Source: Selaginella moellendorffii (taxonomy: Eukaryota > Plantae > Lycopodiophyta). From it: a stretch of DNA of 29,518 nt. The stretch lies in contig NW_003314494.1 in assembly GCF_000143415.4 (NCBI RefSeq), positions 1-29,518 on the forward strand. Reading direction: 5' to 3'. The translations under genes and the position numbers were made by a program. Below the pieces are notes generated by a model. That model did no database searches, was not told the origin of the DNA, and saw only the letters and a list, made by a program, of their open reading frames with translations. Positions 23,918 to 29,518 of this stretch are shown one piece after another (within the stretch, counting starts at the first letter, position 1; every line of letters begins with the position of its first letter).

Positions 23918-24364
23918 CTGTTCAAAAATGCACAACAATTAGAGCTGACAGATGAAAAGCTAGCAGCTGGAAATAACGTGAGGCCACACGCCATTCACCA
24001 CTGCATCAGATGTCTTGAGGCTGCATCCTAAGATGGCGTGAGGCTACACGCCATCTGTAACCGGACTGCACTCGAGAGCCCAATCGGTGCATGCCAATGT
24101 TGCTACTGAATGGCATGTGGCCTCATGCCATTTTCTACTTCGTCTAAAAGACTTACCATTTGAAGCCGAATGGAGGCCGTGACAATCGAGGCCGGACTCG
24201 CTGGCGAATGTGCACTGTGTGTGCAGCGGATCGTAGCAGCAAGGCTACTCTGCCACTTACAGTTGGAGAGTGGTGCTGAAATCTCCCGGGACGCCAAGTG
24301 GGCTGCGTGTGGGTGGTGGAGTGGGCGGCGGAGTTGGCGGCGAAGTTACAAACTGGGTGTGTCT

Positions 24365-24550
24365 TGAAGTGGACGCCGATGCACACGAGCGCGATGCGAG
24401 CGCGAGTGTGATGCAAGCGCGAGTGGACGCCGATGCACACGAGAAACCTGTAGAGAAGTGAGCGTGATCACGAGTGGGAGCGCGATGCGAGCGGGAGCGC
24501 GAGTGTGATGCGAGCGCGAGCGCGAGTGTGATGCGAGCGCGAGCGCGAGT
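24365..24550. repeat. CpG-rich short tandem repeats upstream of the cargo gene
   Basis: GTGGACGCCGATGCACACGAG x2 and GATGCGAGCGCGAGTGT-like units. Confidence 0.8.
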
Positions 24551-24864
24551 ACAAAGCAAAATGCAAAACCTAACCTCACACGCGCGAAATGTCACAACGG
24601 TTGGTAATCCCGCCACATCATCATTCCTCGGACTTGGGCGCCACCATTAATTTCTGGATTGCCGCGCGCATGCAAGCACGCAAAATCCAAAAGAAATCCG
24701 CAACGTCATCATTCCTCGGACTGCATGCACGCGAAATCCAAAAGAAAGATCATGATTGGGATATCATTTAATACCCTCGCTATATTTATACCATGCATGA
24801 TTGGATATTCCAAAGCATCTTGTATTTCCAAAAATGGCAGATGTTCAGCTAAATAAAGAAATTC

Positions 24865-26250
24865 TATCTGTTTCTATTTTTCTCTCAAATCAATATTATA
24901 GCGTGTGGGCTCATGCAATTTTGAACCAAAGAAACCCAAAAAACGTTGGACCCAAAATATTTTGAAAAAACCCAAAAAACCCTAAACATTTTAAACCCAA
25001 AAATCCAGGCGTCCTGTGGCGTTATTCCTTGAATGGCGTGTGGGCGCATGCCATTTTCAGGGCCAAATGCTGAATGGAGAAAAATTCCCTTTCAGTGCAA
25101 ATGCTGCAAGAGGCAGATGCCGAGCACAAAGGACTGTAACTACCTCACATGACACAGATAAACTTTTCTCTATTTGGCAAAGATAAACTTTATAGCGTGT
25201 GGGCTCATGCAATTTTGAACCCAAAAAATGCACCAAAAAATTCTCGGCGTCATCTGGCATTATCTCTTGAATGGCGTGGGGCCGCATGCCATTTTCAGGG
25301 GCACATAGGAGTATATTCCTAGGATATTCTGACACGCGCGAGATTTTTTTGAGTTTTCTGGAGATCCAACCGTTAGATCGCAACTAGATTTTACAGAATG
25401 GTATACAATGTCTTTCTTGATGACCCTGCAAAGAAGCATCTCAATCGGACACCACATGAGACCACACGAGCCTTACAATGTTTCAGGGGCATTTGCCATA
25501 GATCCGACCGTTATTTTGCTCCAAGATTTCACAGTTTGGTGTGCATTGACCTTTCCATCGAAACTGCAAAGGGACATCACAATCAGATGCGGGATCACAA
25601 GAAACTAACTTCACTAACTCTGGTTTCACCAAGATCTACGTAAGGAGTTATGAAATGAAAGGACCCTCTCTATTGAAATGTGTTTATGGTCCTAGGGGCA
25701 TTGTGACATATCAAAGGATTTTGCATCAAGTTCTGTATTTGCATGTTTATCAAGCTACTGAATTGCTAAACCCTAAACCCTAAACATGTGGCAAATGCTG
25801 CGTGAAGAAAGATGCCCTTTCTGGGCAAATGCTGTAAGAGGCAGATGCCGAGCAGATGTATCTCAGGCTAGCGAAGGGGACGAACGAAAGCTAGCTATAA
25901 ACATGACGGGATGCAAATAGATTACTAGGCTGGTCCTACGAAAATCAAAAACCATAATTGAAAACATTGAAAATGCAAAAAGAAAGGTTTATAATATTTT
26001 TGAATTTTAGGCAACCAAAGGAATGTAAGTAGGGCATGTGTTTGTAAGTTTAAAAATGCCTCAACCACTTAAATTCCCAAGTAAATAAAGCTGTTTCTAT
26101 TTTTGGTACAGATAAACTTTATAGCGTGTGGGCTCATGCAATTTTGAACCCAAAAATACACCAAAAAATGCTCGACTAGCATTATTCTTTGAATGGCGTG
26201 TGGCCTTATGTCGAGCATTATTCTTTGAATGGCGTGTGGCCTTATATTGC
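24865..26250. repeat. Three ~130-190-bp intergenic repeat units (about 24865-25062, 25162-25300, 26091-26250), each carrying two or more palindromes
   Basis: Shared TATAGCGTGTGGGCTCATGCAATTTTGAACC...TTGAATGGCGTG blocks. Confidence 0.85.
25766..25785. repeat. Short plant-type telomeric repeat (telobox)
   Basis: CTAAACCCTAAACCCTAAAC. Confidence 0.7.
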
Positions 26251-26619
26251 CATAAATGGACGTACACACACAGCGTAATTATTCCTTTACACGGCAAATA
26301 ATCTTGGCGCGGATCGTTGACATGGCATGGCAAAGTTCGAATCACTGACATGGCACAGCTGGATCGAGGCAAGGACATGATGTGACAAAGTTCAACCTCC
26401 GACAGCAAAGTCTAGAAGCTACTCAGTTTGAAATTTGTCAGAGGAATCATAAGATCTGGTTTGTCAAAGGATTTGATGTGACGTTCAAGCGTGTGTTATT
26501 TTTGAATTCTCGAACTCATTCCTAGGTCTATCATTTTTGTGCGCCGTGTTCTTGGTTCCGCTGAGCGCAGTGAGCGCTGCTTGTGTAAGCGGCGTTGTGG
26601 GCTGTGGTTTATGCGTCTA

Positions 26620-26750
26620 CGAGCGGTTGCGGCATTGCGAGCGCCATTGCGAGCGGCAGTTTATGCGAGTGGCAGTTTGTGCGAGCGGCGCTACGAGCAG
26701 TTGCGGTGTTGCGAGCGGCGCTACGAGTAGTTGCGGTGTTGCGAGCGGCA
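26620..26750 (+). repeat. CpG-rich 30-bp tandem repeats in the probable transposase 5' leader
   Basis: GCGAGCGGCGCTACGAGYAGTTGCGGTGTT x2 plus partial copies. Confidence 0.75.
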
Positions 26751-27115
26751 CTGTCTTTGGTGTGGCTACCGCTTCCTCTTGATATTCGGCACTTGTGCTT
26801 CCTGGTATGTTCACCATGGAATGGCTTAGGACCACATTTAGAAATGGCATGAGGCAACATGCCATCTTGGGCCCTTGCAATTTCATGGCTAGCGTATTGT
26901 CATGTATGTTTTTACTTGCCTGCAGCTGTGTGTATATCAAGATGGCATGAGGCCTCATGCCAATTTTGTGAATGTGAAATTTCACGTGGGTGTCAATAGC
27001 ATGTTTGAATAATGGCATGTGGCCTCATGCTATTGAGGTTGTTTGGTATGTTATGATTTAGGCCATTCTCCAATCATTTTTTGTATGGTCTTAACTTCTT
27101 TTCTGCACTTTCAGA

Positions 27116-29511
27116 ATGGCCTTCAGGGTTGGGGAAAAGGTTTACATTTTGAATGGTGGGAAGAGAGTTGCAAAAGGGACCCTTGTGTCTATGGATCGGA
27201 ACTTTGTTATACACTGTGAAAGGCTTGGGGAAGGCAATGCTGCTGTATCAGTAGAGACTGTCTTCGATGGGAATGTGGTCGCTATTGAACGAGGAGAGAT
27301 GGTCGTCGGGGTAAATGTTGTTGTTGCCTTGAAAAATCTTCAGAAGAAAGCAGATGTTGGGGACAGCGCAAGTGCGACGCATGTTCCCTCCGTGGATCTT
27401 AAGAACCGTGCTACATGGATTCAGGCAAAAGTGTTTCTAAACAACCCCGAGGGGGAGGTGGTAGCTGAGGGCTTAGCCACAGTTGTCGATCCAAGAGATG
27501 CGGTTGCTAATCAAGAATTGGGCTGGGATGATATTGGAGTTGCGATTTTAGAGGTTGTTGACACAGAAGAAAACAGTCTGACTATTGGAAGCATTGTGCG
27601 GTGGAAATTGAGGCACTTAGTGTTTGAGAATGTGAAGGATTCACAATCAAACACCACTACAACTGATGACAGAACATCTCTTCATGGGAAAAGAAAGTAC
27701 ACCTTCCTAAAGCGCAGCCAAAGGGATCTGAGCAACGAACCGAAAAGGCAGAAAATGGCGATGGAGGTTCGAATGGTCTCGACAGTTGCTTGTTGCAAGA
27801 GGAGGTGCTGTCAACATGCTGATTGGGATGCTATTGAAGAGGAGAGAGCAAGATACAAGACATTGTCCTGGAAGGCAGCTCGCAATTTTGTGTATGAAGC
27901 ATTACGGTCATCTGTTGATGCTTCAGAACATCAGGTGGGGGGCATGGTCTTCCAGAGGGGTTTGGTCTGCATGAAGGCATGAAGAATCATTTATGGAGTC
28001 CCTTGAACCACATTCTACAGAATCAAAACTGAGTTCGAGGAACAAAGGGTTCAACAGGCAGTCCATGGGAACGACGGTACGCACAAAACCAGGGGTCATG
28101 TTGTATATGGAGAGGCAATCTTCAAGAGGTTTGTCGAGACATGTAGCGAGCAGCAACCACATAAAACCTGCCTCTTGGAAGATGGAACACGAGACACCCA
28201 ACGAGTTCTCCCTTCCATGTATACCAAGGGGGCCATATTGGAAGATGTGAATCGGGAACTCCAGAGTAATGGCTACAGGAAGCTGAGCCAATCTAGATTT
28301 AGTAGATTGTGGAGCAACAGGTTCAGGGATGTGAGTATAGGAAAGTACTCCAGCTTTTCAAAGTGTGACGAGTGCACTGCTATCAAAATGGCTTTGTCGA
28401 AGAATTCTTGCAGCGCTCAAGAGCGAGAGACGTTGGTTAGAAGGCGGCTCGACCACAACATCGAGCAGAGAAGCTGCAGGACTGCATATTATCATAACAG
28501 GATTCTCTCCATGGAGAGACCTGACTCTTACCTCTGCATCATCCACGACAAAATGGACCAGAAAAAGACGTGCTTACCTCGACTCAATCCTGCCCCCAAG
28601 GCAATCTCTTCATCCATGCAGCTGCCTGTGTCTCTGTTTGGCATAATCGCTCATGGGCATGGTGCCCAGAACTATGGGAACTTCTTTGTACCTCTATGGG
28701 GTGGCGGGGGTGCAAACATGATGATTGTGTCCCTAGCAAAACACTTAAGGTCTCTGCAAAGTGTGCAGACTGAGCTGAACGGCCAACCCTTGCATAAGGC
28801 CCTTGTCGATCGAACCCCATACAGGGTTCAGCTGGAGGAGGAGCAAAGGCTTGCAGTATCGCGTGGGGCCCCATGCCATCCCAGTGAATATGTTGGCCGT
28901 CAGATTGTAGGGTTATCACGTGAGGCCTCATGCCATTCCGACGAGGCTGGTCCCCGGTGAATGCACAGCCTCATCCAAACGAAGCAGAATCTCAAGGAAG
29001 TTCTTGCGGCCGATGTGGCCTTCCACCCCATCTTCTGCTCCAAACAGACAATGCTGGCAGTGAGAACAAAAACATGTACGTCTTCGCGTACTTGGCGATG
29101 CTTGTTGCCAAAGGCATATTTGAAACGGTTACACTTGGCTTTCTCATGGTTGGGCACACTCATGAAGACGTCGATGCCATGTTCAGTCACCTGGCAGAGT
29201 CCCTCCGGCGATCCAATGTCCTCACCCTCCCACAACTCTACGATGAATTCCAAAATTGCATCAAAGGCACTGTTGAAGCTGCACTTCTGACAGAGGTTCC
29301 AGACTTTAAGGGGTTTGTAAGAGGCTACATCAGGGATGGATCCGAAACGCTGATTGGCCACTCCAAGCCTCTTCAGTTTCATTTCAGCATGTGTGACGGT
29401 GCTCCAGTGATGAGGTACAAGATGAGAGAATGGGACACAGTGTGGCTGCCAGTGGACGGCATTGAACTCTTCAAGAGAGATCCCATAACTGGGGAACCTA
29501 TGATTCCTTAG
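27116..29511 (+). pseudogene. Sola1-like DDE transposase pseudogene with two N-terminal Tnp1/EnSpm-like domains
   Basis: Reading through TGA at 27980 and 28004 gives VCMKA(W)RIIYGVP(R)TTFYR; FSKCDEC; CIIHDKMDQ; LLLQTDNAGSENKN; FLMVGHTHEDVDAMFS; frameshift near 28930-28960; probable 5'UTR intron 26805-27114. The TAG at 29509 may be premature. Confidence 0.85.
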
Positions 29512-29518
29512 GGTTCCC

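Larger units (their letters stand above)
7739..24159 (-). pseudogene. Multi-exon cargo gene, about 1590 codons: ParB-like + MTase-like + low-complexity/acidic + FCP1/NIF-like HAD domain
   Basis: Exon chain that splices in frame via GT-AG: 24157-24159 (ATG, start inferred), 23249-23917 + 11895-12269 (rejoined after removing the LTR material, the duplicated segment and one TSD), 10531-11840, 10406-10480, 10278-10367, 10085-10228, 9501-10037, 9429-9443, 9272-9379, 8649-9224, 7739-8601. Lesions: TAG at 11319-11321, +1 frameshift near 11120, LTR insertion. Confidence 0.8.
7683..28936. promoter_or_regulatory. Dispersed 22-bp palindrome family ATGGCRTG-N6-CAYGCCAT (ideal ATGGCGTGAGGCCTCACGCCAT)
   Basis: Starts at 7683, 8760, 8835, 10047, 10238, 10379, 11852, 23973, 24033, 24110, 24898, 25033, 25192, 25271, 26121, 26193, 26229, 26844, 26942, 27012, 28858, 28915 (some with degenerate arms), plus duplicates at 19437, 19578, 21051. 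Confidence 0.9.
7308..29518. mobile_element. Large decayed DNA transposon (Sola1-like transposase plus divergent multidomain cargo gene); right end outside the window
   Basis: Abrupt truncation of gag at about 7307; a shared 22-bp palindrome occurs from 7683 to 28936 in both genes and the intergenic region; DDE transposase at right. TIR/TSD cannot be confirmed because only one end is present. Confidence 0.65.

Noticed and set aside
7739-24159. Bacterial or plasmid contamination as the source of the ParB-like gene
   Set aside because: Spliceosomal introns, an LTR insertion with TSD and eukaryotic TE flanks; no parA

Overview
Eukaryotic, probably land-plant, repeat-derived DNA: GT-AG introns, LTR retroelements and a (CCCTAAA)n telobox. 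No ordinary host gene is recognisable. 1-7307 is nested, AT-rich LTR-retrotransposon debris: Ty1/copia protease remnants, a minus-strand Ty3/gypsy RNaseH-integrase remnant, and a chromovirus-like LTR+gag with a self-priming PBS. From about 7308 to the window end lies a large, decayed DNA transposon with two divergent genes. (1) A plus-strand Sola1-like DDE transposase (27116->end) with two N-terminal Tnp1/EnSpm-like beta domains. (2) A minus-strand cargo gene (24159->7739, about 1590 codons once spliced and repaired). It joins a ParB/Srx-like domain, a degenerate beta-class amino-methyltransferase-like domain, low-complexity linkers and an FCP1/NIF-type HAD domain through 38-57 nt introns. About 22 copies of a 22-bp palindrome, ATGGCRTG-N6-CAYGCCAT, are scattered through this element. 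They are absent from the left flank, and the inserted retroelement has only one core-only match. This suggests a ParB/parS-like or VANC-like self-recognition system (inference). The cargo gene was hit by an LTR element (1.77-kb minisatellite-bearing LTRs, TAGGG TSD). The region was then tandemly duplicated (offset 9199 bp), leaving one near-complete element and one solo LTR. The duplication breakpoint sits inside the spacer of one palindrome. Domain calls come from motif recognition by eye, not database searches.
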